Shown one piece after another: positions 10,255-20,220 of a stretch of 64,000 nt of DNA. The notes under the pieces were generated by a model. That model saw nothing but the letters and a program-made list of their open reading frames with translations. It made no database searches and had not been told where the DNA came from. How positions within the stretch are numbered: the stretch's first letter is position 1; each line of letters begins with the position of its first letter. The DNA lies in assembly GCA_965116475.1 (NCBI GenBank), contig OZ220691.1:1472001-1536000 (forward strand), in the 5' to 3' direction. The DNA comes from Gemmatimonadota bacterium (GTDB lineage Bacteria > Gemmatimonadota > Gemmatimonadetes > Palauibacterales > Palauibacteraceae). A program made the translations under genes and the position numbers.

Positions 10255-10281
10255 GCGGTTGATAACTACCAGTTATCGACC
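10255..10281 (-). other. Putative tyrosine-recombinase site (right), inverted relative to the left site
   Basis: GCGGTTGATAACTACCAGTTATCGACC, 27/27 inverted match to 9098-9124. Confidence 0.8.
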
Positions 10282-10435
10282 TCTATTTTTTCAAGATACG
10301 CGCTATTTAGTGAGCGGACTGTGACCCAGCGGACGGAGCTCGTGGCCCGTTCGTGACTTTTGCCGCAAATCGCGCTATCCTCGACTCCCCCCGGTCCGGC
10401 GAACCCTCGCCCGACCGACCGGCCGGAGCCTGGCT

Positions 10436-12823
10436 TTGCGGCTCCGCCTCACCTCTTGGCAAGCGAGTGGAGCCTTGGGCGATCCGGACCCTGCGGCACG
10501 CGATGGCGGAGCGTCCTGGGACCGCGCATCGCGGCTGAGCGCGGCGATTCTGCGCATCAGCCGGAGCCTCGACCTGGGCACCGTGCTCGAGGAGGTGGTC
10601 GAGAGCGCGCGGACTCTCACGGGAGCCCGCATCGGCGTGATCACGATGATCGACTCCTCGGGCCGGGTCGAGGACTTCGTCATCTCCGGCCCGGCGCCGG
10701 AGGAGCGCCGGAAGATGGTGGAGTGGCCCGACGGGCCGCGGCTGTTCGCACTCCTTCGCGACCTTCCGGGGCCGGTGCGGGTGGCGGAGGTGGACGACTA
10801 CCTGCGCGCGCTCGGCCTGTCGCCGAACCCCTGGGGCTCGAAGACGATGCAGGCCACACCGATGCACCGGCACGGCGAGCACCTGGGAAGCTTCTTTCTG
10901 GCCGACAAGGAGGACGGGCAGGCGTTCACGAGCGCCGACGAGGAGATCCTGGTGCTGTTCGCCTCGCAGGCCGCCGCGGCGATCGCGAACGCACGGACGC
11001 ACCGCGGCGTCGCGCGGGCGCGGGCCGACCTCGAGGCCCTGGTCGAGACGTCGCCGGTGGGCGTGCTGGTGTTCGAGGCCGGCACCGGCCGCATGATGTC
11101 GGTCAACCGCGCGGCCGAGCGCATCGTCGAGCCGATCCGCACTCCGGGCTCTCCCCCGGAGCAGCTGCTGGGGGTGTTGACGTGCCGGCGTGCCGACGGG
11201 CGGGAGTTCTCGCTGGCGAAACTCCCCATCGCCCGGCAGTTCGAGATCGACGGCGCCTCGCCGGTGCGCGCCGAGGAGGTCGAGCTGTCGGTGCCGGACG
11301 GGCGGAGCGTGCGGACGCTCCTCAACGCGACCCCGATCGTATCGGAGTCCGGCGAGCTCGTCTCGATCGTCGTCACCATGCAGGACCTCGAGCCGCTCGA
11401 GGAGCTGGAGCGGCAGCGGGCCGAGTTCCTCGGCATGGTGAGCCATGAGCTGCGCGCGCCGCTCACCTCGATCAAGGGCTCGGCCGCGACCGTGCTCGAC
11501 GCCGAGCCGCTCCCCTCGCAGGCCGAGATGGTGCAGTTCTTCCGCATCATCGGCGGGCAGGCCGACCACATGAGGGGCCTGATCGCGGATCTGCTGGACG
11601 CGGGGAGCATCGCGGCGGGCACGCTCACCGTGCAGCCCGAGCCCTCGCACGTCGGCACGCTGCTGGACCGGGCCCGCAACACGTTCCTGAGCGGCGGAGG
11701 CCGGCAGGCCGTCCTGATCGACCTGCCGCCCGACCTGCCGCCGGCGATGGCCGACCGCGAGCGCTTCGTGCAGGTCTTGAACAACCTGCTGTCCAACGCC
11801 GCCCGGCACTCGCCTCCGACGTCGGAGATCCGCATCGAGGCCTCGCGCGAGGGCACCTGCGTCGCGGTCTCGGTCTCCGACCAGGGCCGGGGGATCCCGC
11901 CCGACCGGATTCCGCACCTCTTCCGCAAGCGCGCCAGCCCGACGGAAGGCACCGGGCTCGGCCTCGCCATCTGCAAGGGACTCGTCGAGGCGCACGGCGG
12001 CCGCATCCGCGCCGAGAGCGGCGGGAGGGGCCGGGGCGCCCGCTTCACGTTCACGCTTCCCGCGGCCACCGACGCCCCGCCCGAGACGGGCGCGGACGCC
12101 GAGCCGCCCCACCGGCAGGGGTGCAAGACGCGCATCCTGGTGGTGGACGACGACCCGCACACGCTGCGCTACGTGCGCGACACGCTCTCCGACGCCGGCT
12201 ACGCCCCGGTCGTGACCGGCGAGCCGGACGAGATCTCGCGCATCATCCGCGCCGAGCGGCCCGACCTCGTGCTGCTCGACCTCATCCTCCCCGAAACCGA
12301 CGGAATCGAGTTGATGAACAACGTCCCCGCGCTCGCCGACCTCCCGGTCATCTTCATCTCCGGCTACGGCCGCGACGAGACGATCGCCAGGGCGCTCGCG
12401 AGCGGCGCCGCCGACTACATCGTCAAGCCGTTCTCGCCGACCGAACTCGTCGCCCGCGTACAGGCGGCGCTCCGCGCCCGCGCACGGCCCGAGACCTTCG
12501 CGCACGGACAACTGGTCGTCGACTACGGCCAGCGCCGCGTGAGCGTGGCCGGCCGCGAGGTCAGGCTCACCGCCAACGAGTTCGAACTGCTGCGCGTCCT
12601 GTCGGCCGGCGGCGGACGGCTCGTGACCACCGAGGCGCTGCTGCGGCAGGTGTGGGGACGCCGGGGCTCCGACGACACCGACCGCGTCCGCACCGCCATC
12701 AAGAAGCTCCGCCGCAAGCTCGGCGACCGCGCGGCCGAACCGGCCTACATCTTCAACGAGCGCGGCGTCGGCTACCGCTTCGCGAGGCCGGGACCGGTCG
12801 CATCCGCCGGGCATCCGCTTTAA
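10436..12823 (+). CDS. Hybrid sensor kinase/regulator GAF-PAS-HisKA-HATPase-REC-OmpR wHTH
   Basis: VSHELRAPLTSI H-box, NLLSNAARH N-box, GTGLGLAI G2 box, ILVVDDD/LLDL receiver, IFNERGVGYRF wHTH end. Start uncertain. Confidence 0.92.
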   Translation: MRLRLTSWQASGALGDPDPAARDGGASWDRASRLSAAILRISRSLDLGTVLEEVVESARTLTGARIGVITMIDSSGRVEDFVISGPAPEERRKMVEWPDGPRLFALLRDLPGPVRVAEVDDYLRALGLSPNPWGSKTMQATPMHRHGEHLGSFFLADKEDGQAFTSADEEILVLFASQAAAAIANARTHRGVARARADLEALVETSPVGVLVFEAGTGRMMSVNRAAERIVEPIRTPGSPPEQLLGVLTCRRADGREFSLAKLPIARQFEIDGASPVRAEEVELSVPDGRSVRTLLNATPIVSESGELVSIVVTMQDLEPLEELERQRAEFLGMVSHELRAPLTSIKGSAATVLDAEPLPSQAEMVQFFRIIGGQADHMRGLIADLLDAGSIAAGTLTVQPEPSHVGTLLDRARNTFLSGGGRQAVLIDLPPDLPPAMADRERFVQVLNNLLSNAARHSPPTSEIRIEASREGTCVAVSVSDQGRGIPPDRIPHLFRKRASPTEGTGLGLAICKGLVEAHGGRIRAESGGRGRGARFTFTLPAATDAPPETGADAEPPHRQGCKTRILVVDDDPHTLRYVRDTLSDAGYAPVVTGEPDEISRIIRAERPDLVLLDLILPETDGIELMNNVPALADLPVIFISGYGRDETIARALASGAADYIVKPFSPTELVARVQAALRARARPETFAHGQLVVDYGQRRVSVAGREVRLTANEFELLRVLSAGGGRLVTTEALLRQVWGRRGSDDTDRVRTAIKKLRRKLGDRAAEPAYIFNERGVGYRFARPGPVASAGHPL

Positions 12824-12828
12824 GCGGT

Positions 12829-15800
12829 CTATCGCTCCCACGCCGCCAGGTTCGGGATTCCGCGGCTCCAGTAGATTTCCAGGGAGCCGCCGGCCGAGAG
12901 GGCCGGGCGCTCGGGAAGGCCGCGCAGGAATGCCCTCACCTGCCCGCTCCGGACGTCCCGCACGATCGCCATCGGGGTGTCCGTCTCTCCGTCCAGCGTG
13001 ACCGATCCGCCAGGTGCCGTCAGCGTGATGCTCGCAAGCGAAGCGGCCCACGCGGGCTCGGCCGGGAGGACGAAGGCGAAATGGGCGTCCCCCGCCCCGT
13101 GGGCGATCTCCTCCATGCCGAACGAGAACGAGAACAGCTGGACACCCGCCGCGTCCTTCTCCGGTCAACGTGTAGGGGCCGGGCACAGGCGGTCCCGAGG
13201 GCGGAGCATCGACAACGAAGGCGGGTTCCAGGAAAGGCACCCCCTCGGCATCGATACCACCCCAGAGAAGGGTCCCGGGGCCTGCGGCAAACCGGCTCGC
13301 GGACCCGGCGTCTGCCTCGGTCGCCCGGTAGCGGAACATCTTGGTGAAGAAGTAGTCGCTGATCCATCGGGGGCGGCAGTAGCTCATGACATCCTTGGTG
13401 GAGGGACTGACGAGCCCGCTGGCGCGATGGTCATATCCCCACGCCCCTATGCTCCCCTCCGGATCCGGGAAGAAGGGGTCCGTGCGGGGAGTATTGCAGC
13501 CCGGAGAGTGGCGGCTGTTGAGGTTGTGACCCAGTTCATGCGCGACCACCGAGGCGGAAAGGGACACGGCGCTCTCCTTGCCTCCTACATAGGCGGCGCC
13601 GGCGGGCCCGGAAACCTGTCCGCTCATCAAACCCATCCAGTACCCGGACCCGTTCTCCAGCGTCCGGATTGCGCGCACCTCCCTGGCGAGTTCAACGCGA
13701 TGGTTCGAAGAAGTCTCGACCGGCTCGTGCTGCGACACGTTCAGTCCGTTTACCGGCAGCAGGTCGTATGCGTGCTGGAGTACCTGGTGTTCTTCCTCCT
13801 CTTCCGCCATCTCCCCGATCCACGCGAGCACGGCGGAGTCCGGGTGCTCCTCCCAGAGGAAGGGGATGAGCGTCAGGTCGAACGCAGGCATGGAGTCCAC
13901 GTCGACCTTGAGCCGGCCCTCCTCGGGAATCCGCTTCCTGGCGAGCAGGCCCTCGTCCAGCGTGTCCTCCGGATCGATCTCGATCACCATCTCGAGTCCG
14001 GGGCGCACGACCGTATGCGGGATGGACGCATTGGAGGACTTGTCGAGCGAACCCTCGTCCACCTCCGTCGGGATGGCGACGGACTTGCCGGGAATCGTCA
14101 CGTTGTACGTCTCCGACCCGTTCCGATAGAAACGCGCCACCACCGCCGGAATCCCCTCGTCGGTCATCCTGGTGCCGGTCACGAAGACCCGCAGCAGCGC
14201 CTCCCTGTCGGAGACCAGGGGGACCGGAAAGTCCCGCGACTGGATGGATTGGACCAGATAGGCGCCGGAGGTATCACGCCCGCAGATCTTCACCCGGCTG
14301 GCAGGGAGCCGCGCCAACCAGTCCAGGAACGTGGGATCGTCGGGAGCGCAGAGTCCCGTTCCGCTGGCGACGATACTCTCCACATTCTCCAGACGGGTGA
14401 AGCTCATGGGAATGGGGCCGGTCAGCTTCGGGTTGTTCCCGACCTGCAGTCCCTGCAGCTGATCCAGGCCGGCGAATTCCGCGGGGAGAGCCCCGGAAAA
14501 GTCGTTTCCGAACAAGTGGAGAATCCTCAACTCGGAGAGATTGCCCAGTTCGGGCGGCAGGGAGCCGCTCAGGTCGTTGTTTGTCGCGCGGAATTCTTCA
14601 AGCTGCGCGAGATTGCCCAGTTCGGGCGGCAGGGAGCCGCTCAAGTCGTTGTTCTCAACGCGGAATTCTTCAAGCTGCGGGAGCTGGCCCAGTTCGCCCG
14701 GAATCGAGCCTGTCAACCTGTTGTCGTAGAGCAAAACGAACCTGAGTTCGGGCAGGCCGCCCAGTTCCCCGGGGATGGGCCCGGTCAGCTGGTTGCCGGA
14801 GAGCGAGAGGCGCCAAAGTTCGGGCAGGTTGCCCAGCTCCCGGGGGATCGACCCGGTCAGTTGGTTGTCGGAAATGTGGAGGGCCCGGAGGCTGCGCAGG
14901 TCGCCCAGTTCGGGCGGGATGATGCCGGTGAGCGCGTTGCCGTTCAGGTACAGATCGGACAGGCTCGCCAGTTTACCCAGTTCCGGAGGTATGGGGCCGC
15001 TCAGGTCGTTAAACCGCAGGTACAGGGACCACAGTTCCGGAAAGTTGCTCAGTTCGGGCGGGATCGTGCCGGTGAGATTGTTCTGGCTGAGATCGAGGGT
15101 ATGCCACAGATTCGTGAGCTTGCCCAGTTCGGACGGGATCGTACCGGTAAGCCTGTTGTTCGAGAGATTGAGGGAAATCAGATTCGTCAGCTCGCCCAGT
15201 TCCGGGGGAATGGGGCCACTCATGCTGTTGACATTCAGCCAAAGGAGTTCGAGTCCGGACAGGTCGGCCAGTTCGGGCGGAATGCGTCCCGTCAGGCCGA
15301 TATTCGAAAGGCGCAGGCGCCTGAGGTTCGACAGCTTGAGGAGGCTCGGCGGAAAGGGCCCCTCCAGATCGTTAATTCCCAGGGCGAGTTCCTCGAGGCT
15401 GGACAACTCTCCCAGTTCGGGCGGAATCATCCCCTTGAGATCGTTGTAAGTCAGCGACAGGGAGATCACGCGTCCCCGGTCGTTCACTTCGACCCCGTAC
15501 CACTCGGCCAGGGGCGCCTCCGTCAGCCAACCGCTGTTGTCCTTCCAGTTCGGTCCATCGGTCGCATTGTACAGTGTCCGCAGGATCTCACGATCCGCAT
15601 CCGCTTCCAGCGTCACGGTGATTGCGGCCGCTCCCGAAACGGTGCCGGCGGATGCCGTGACCGTTGCCGTGCCCTCGCCTGTGGCGCGGACGAGTCCCGA
15701 GGAGTCCACCTCGGCCACGGCCTCGTCGTCCGACCGCCAGGCGACGGAGACTCCGGTCATCGGTTGCCCCCTCTGGTCCCGCACTTCCACGCTGAGCTGC

Positions 15801-16015
15801 ACGGTCTGGCCGAGGGCCGCCAGCGTGTCTGCCTCGGGGGACACGGAGACCGTGCTCACCACCGGGGGCGCGGGAGCGGGAGGAGGAGCCGGTTGGACGG
15901 GGTCATCGCCGCAGGACAGCGCCAGCATGGCGACGCCCGCGATGGCTATGGCCGGGAGCGCGAACCCCGCCGCCGACCGTCCCGGTCTCGGGAGCCTTCT
16001 CGATGGCGACCTCAC
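12829..16015 (-). CDS. LRR lipoprotein with Ig-like domain and HELGH zinc-metallopeptidase domain; single frameshift near 13158
   Basis: Lipobox LALSC; many LxGxIPxELGxL repeats; VVAHELGHNL...DVMSYC. The true C-terminus (LFSFSFGMEEIAHG...SRGIP) is in the frame of ORF 12829..13116 and matches the paralog's end. GTG start overlaps the upstream stop. Confidence 0.85.
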
Positions 16016-19000
16016 GGACGGCTGGTGGTCAGATCGGGAATCCCGCGGCTGAACAACACCTCCAGGCCCGGTTGCAGCTCGGACAGGGCGGCGGCCCGGT
16101 CGCGCAGCGCTGCGACGCCGAACTCCGGCGCACCGCCGGAGCGCAGGACGGCTCGCACCTGGCGGGTGACCAGGTCGCGAACGACGGCCACGGCCCGGTC
16201 GCCCTCTCCGTCCAGGGTGAAGGAGCGCTCGTTCCCGGACAGGGTGATGCTCGCCAGCGCCGTCCAATCCGGCATGACCGGCACGGCGAACGCGAACCTC
16301 GATCCTCCGTCGCCATCGGCCAGCGGCGGCAGCGCGAATTCCAGCGAGAACAGACGTCTCCCGTCCGCCGCCGCTCCGACGATCGTGTACCCGCCTCCGC
16401 CCCGAGGCGGAAGGCTCGGTGGCGCGCGGACCGCGAGCGCGGGTTCGAGAAACGGCGTGCCGTCCGGCTCGACCCCGCCCCAGATCAGGATCGAGCGGGC
16501 GGGGACGGCGGCCCGTGCCGCTTCCTCCGCCATGCGATAGTCCAGCGCTACGTTGAAACTGTAGTCGCTGATCCACGCGGGATCGCAATACGACATCAGA
16601 TCATAGGTCAGTGCCGGAGACACGAGCGCGCCCCGGCGGAAGTCGTACCCCCAGCTGCCGATCGATCCATCGGCCTGCGGGAAAAAGGGATCGAGTGCGC
16701 TGGCTCTGCACGGCGCATGACGGAGGCTGAAGTTGTGCCCCAGCTCGTGCGCCATGATGTCCGGGTCGAGGACCGCGTAGGTTACCCGCCCGCCGGTCAC
16801 AGCCAATCCTCCGATGCCGCTCGACAGTCCGGCGATCGTGCCCATGTAGTGCCCGGCAGCGCCCTCCATGGCGCGAATCGCGATCACTTCGCCGATGATC
16901 TCGCCCGGACTGCCGGCCGACGTCTCGACGGGTTCGTGGATCGTCAGGTCGATCTCCCCGACGGGCAGAAGCGTGTGCGTGCTCTGAAACAACGCGTCTT
17001 CCGGAGTCAGTCCATCCGTGCGGTCCAGGATCGATGAATCCGGATTCGTCGTGGAGAGAAACGGCACCAGGGTGAGGTCCAGCGCCGGCGGGGCCCGGAC
17101 GGCGACCGGCAAACGCCCCTCCGCGGGCACGCGCCTGCCGAGACTCAGCGAGGGATTCAGGGTTCCGTCCGGGTCTATCTCGACGACCAGCTCGAGACCG
17201 GGTTGAATGACCTCCGCCGGGATCTCCGCGTTCAGAGAAGATGACAGCGACGACTCATCCACTTCGCTCCCCAGCGCACCGCCCGGCGCACCGATGTCCA
17301 CCCGGTGGACTTCCTCATCGCCATTGAAGAAGAGGGCGCGCGCCGGCGGCAGGCCTTCGCCGGCGGCGTTCGCGGCGACCGGGAACACGCGGAGCAGGGC
17401 GGGCTCGTTCGCAATCAGCGACACGGGGAATTCCAGCGACTGTACCGCCTGCGTGAGATAGGCCGCCGATGCCGATGCATCCCGGCAGGTCCGGAGCCGA
17501 TGCGTGACTCCGGAGAGCCATTCCCGCAGGGAGTCGGGCGCGCACAGGCCGGTGCCGCCGGCCCACAACTCATCGAGATGCAGCAGGTTCGACAGGCTGG
17601 CCGGCAGCGGCCCGGACAGCGCCGCGTTGTTCGACAGCCGCAACATGACGAGACTCGTCAGATGCCCCAGTTCCGGCGGCACGGCGCCCTCGAGGTTGTT
17701 GGAGGCGATGTTCAGCCACGTCAAGCCGGCGAGGCCGCCCAGTTCCGGCGGAATGGCGCCCTCGAGCTGGTTGAAGGAGAGGTCGAGCCGCGCGAGGCGA
17801 GTGAGGCCGCCCAATTCCGGCGGAATGGCGCCGGCCAGCTCGTTGCGCTGAAGATTGAGGCTTACCAGTTCCGTCAGGTTGGCAATCAGTTCGAGCGGCG
17901 CGGCGCCGGCCAACCTGTTGTTGGAGATTCTGAGGATCCTCAGCCGGCGGAGATTCGCCAATTCGGGCGGGAGCGACGTGAACTGATTGTCGGGCAGGTC
18001 GAGATAGGTCAGCGAGGACAGGTTCCCGATCACCGGCGGAAGAGACGTCAGTCGAGTCCTCGCAAGAGAAAGAAAGTCCAGTTGAGGGAGGTCGCCCAGT
18101 TCGGGCGGAACGGACGTCAGGCCGGTGTTGGCGAGATTGAGGTGTTCCAGCCTGGCGAGCCTGCCGATCTCGGCGGGAATCCCGGTCAACCGCGGGTTGG
18201 CGGTGAAGCTCAGCGTCTCCAGGCTCGAGAGATCGCCGATCTCCGCCGGGACGGCTCCCGCGAGCCCGTTGCGGAGCATGTCGATGTACACGACCCGTCC
18301 CGACTCGTCGACGCGGATGCCGTGCCAGGTCTCGAGCGGCGCGTCGGTGAGCCAGTTGTCGTCGTTCGCCCAGCCGGGACCGCCCGTCGCGTGGTAGAAG
18401 GCCTCCAGAGCCGCCCGGTCTGGATTGTCCGCCGTCGCCGCGACCAGGGCGGACGCGTTACTGGCGGTCGCCTCCAGTGCCTGTGCGCCCACCGCCGGCC
18501 CGAGCGTCCACACCGTCCGCGCGAGGCCCACCGTATCGCTCGGCGCCTCGGCGGGGTCCGCCGTCCCGTGGCCGGCCTCGGGCGTGAACGTGATCGAGAC
18601 TCCGGCGACCGGCGAACCGCCCGCGTCCACCACCCGCACGACGACCGGTTCGGGCAGCGGCGTCCCCGCCAGCGCTCGCTGGTCCTCGCCCGACACCGTC
18701 TCCAAAGACGCCGGGGCCTGCTCCACCGCCACCGCCGCCGTCGCGCGCAGTCCCTCGAACGCGGCCGCCACGGTCCCGGAACCGTTCGACACGGCGGTGA
18801 CCGTGCCGCCCGCATCGACCGTGAACACCGCCGGATCGCTGCTGGTCCACTCCACCGTTCCCGCGTAGGACTGGCCATGCTGGTCCACGATCGACGCGGT
18901 GAATGAGACCGTCTCCCCGAGAGACACCAGGGTCGCCGATGCCGGTGTCACCGCGATCGACGCTGCCCGCGGCGGCTCCGCCGGGGGCCGGGGCGCCACG

Positions 19001-19065
19001 GGGGCTTCGCCCTCGCCGCACGCGACCGCGATCAGCATGACCACCGCGGCCGCACCATTCTTCAC
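16012..19065 (-). CDS. LRR lipoprotein with Ig-like domains and HELGH metallopeptidase domain (paralog)
   Basis: MKNGAAAVVMLIAVAC lipobox; LRRs LEGAIPPELGGL; IMAHELGHNF...YDLMSYC. Confidence 0.9.
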   Translation of the reverse strand: MKNGAAAVVMLIAVACGEGEAPVAPRPPAEPPRAASIAVTPASATLVSLGETVSFTASIVDQHGQSYAGTVEWTSSDPAVFTVDAGGTVTAVSNGSGTVAAAFEGLRATAAVAVEQAPASLETVSGEDQRALAGTPLPEPVVVRVVDAGGSPVAGVSITFTPEAGHGTADPAEAPSDTVGLARTVWTLGPAVGAQALEATASNASALVAATADNPDRAALEAFYHATGGPGWANDDNWLTDAPLETWHGIRVDESGRVVYIDMLRNGLAGAVPAEIGDLSSLETLSFTANPRLTGIPAEIGRLARLEHLNLANTGLTSVPPELGDLPQLDFLSLARTRLTSLPPVIGNLSSLTYLDLPDNQFTSLPPELANLRRLRILRISNNRLAGAAPLELIANLTELVSLNLQRNELAGAIPPELGGLTRLARLDLSFNQLEGAIPPELGGLAGLTWLNIASNNLEGAVPPELGHLTSLVMLRLSNNAALSGPLPASLSNLLHLDELWAGGTGLCAPDSLREWLSGVTHRLRTCRDASASAAYLTQAVQSLEFPVSLIANEPALLRVFPVAANAAGEGLPPARALFFNGDEEVHRVDIGAPGGALGSEVDESSLSSSLNAEIPAEVIQPGLELVVEIDPDGTLNPSLSLGRRVPAEGRLPVAVRAPPALDLTLVPFLSTTNPDSSILDRTDGLTPEDALFQSTHTLLPVGEIDLTIHEPVETSAGSPGEIIGEVIAIRAMEGAAGHYMGTIAGLSSGIGGLAVTGGRVTYAVLDPDIMAHELGHNFSLRHAPCRASALDPFFPQADGSIGSWGYDFRRGALVSPALTYDLMSYCDPAWISDYSFNVALDYRMAEEAARAAVPARSILIWGGVEPDGTPFLEPALAVRAPPSLPPRGGGGYTIVGAAADGRRLFSLEFALPPLADGDGGSRFAFAVPVMPDWTALASITLSGNERSFTLDGEGDRAVAVVRDLVTRQVRAVLRSGGAPEFGVAALRDRAAALSELQPGLEVLFSRGIPDLTTSRP

Positions 19066-19774
19066 GATCGACCCGCCCGCCGGATGGTGCGACGATCGCG
19101 GTTGTCGAAGTAGGCGCATTCGGCGAGCCGGTCGCCGTCGTCCGCGCCGGCCTCCGCAATTTCGATGTGCTGACGGCTGAAGGGCTTATAGGGAAAGAGC
19201 CCTCGTCCGTACCTCTCCACCGGAAACTCGAGGTTCCGTGCGCGCTCCAGGTCGTAGTGCGATCCCGCATCCACGAACCGCATCACGTAGGCTGCGCGTC
19301 TCGGAAGCGGTCCCTCGCCGAGCATGACGCTGCGGTGGATGACCATCTTGTTGAACAGGAGCGCGTCGCCGGGCTCGAAATCGTCTTCGACCCGGTGGTT
19401 CTCGAGGATCTCGACCATGGTTGGCGAGTTGAGGACCCCCGAACGCAGGGAGAAGTACTCGGTAACGCTGGTCTCGACTCCGCTGCGCTCCTTGGCCCGC
19501 ATGGTCGAGACGACTGCCGGCTCGATCTGGTGGAAGACGAAGTCGCCCGATACCACGTGCTGCGGGACATAGGCCATTCCGCCGCCCTGTGCCGCGAATC
19601 GACCCTGAAATTGCTGCCTCCCCCGCGACCCATTTCGACTTCGACGCGGTCGAGCAGCGTCGAGACGACACGATCGTTGAGAAAGCCCTTGAGCATGACG
19701 AAGCCATCGCGCCGGAAAGCCTCCTTGTGCTCTCCGGTGATGGCGAAGTCGCTGTCGAAGGGATGGCCGTCCAC
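19062..19774 (-). pseudogene. Phytanoyl-CoA dioxygenase (PhyH)-like gene with internal deletion/frameshift
   Basis: N-terminus EAFRRDGFVMLKGFL in one frame; C-terminus FEPGDALLFNKMVIHRS...RRAAYVMRF in another; junction near 19590; no central HxD segment seen. Confidence 0.7.
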
Positions 19775-20220
19775 GGGCTAACGCCGCCGAGCTCGCGCGG
19801 GCGTCGCGCCGCCGCCTGGCGTCTGCTCGTGCCGTTGCTTCGACACGTTCACCGTCCCCACACGTGCAGGGGCCCGGCAAGGCCGGTCATTACGGCTGGA
19901 AGGAGGGGCTTCATCAGTTAAGAATGAGAATCCGGCAGGGTGCGCCACCAGAAGAGAAACGGATGTTTTCGGCATACATCCCTATGCTTTAGGCATAAAT
20001 TCCATGCTATCGGAGTTCAGCGCGTCGATGCGGACGAGTGTGGACATGGGCGCCTTTCCGCCCGTGTGGCTCGCGCCGCCCGCCGCATTGAACCAGGCGA
20101 TCTTGACCGCCCGGACCGAGGCGGTGATCGTGCACCGATGATCCCATCAGCCCATCTCCGGATGGTCCCCTCAGCCCGCCTCCGGATGGACGGGGCGATG
20201 CCCGAAACCGCGGCGGCTGA

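Noticed and set aside
14400..15450. 72-bp periodic repeats as a CRISPR array
   Set aside because: They are in-frame 24-aa LRR units; there are no unique spacers or cas genes.
10307..16588. 2093-aa minus-strand ORF as a single protein
   Set aside because: Artefact: the LRR gene frameshifts near 13158 and reads on antisense to the kinase.
12977..18906. Plus-strand ORFs of 1187 and 533 aa
   Set aside because: Antisense shadows of the LRR genes.
20140..20190. Two-copy ~24-bp tandem repeat upstream of the permease
   Set aside because: Only two imperfect copies; no function can be supported.
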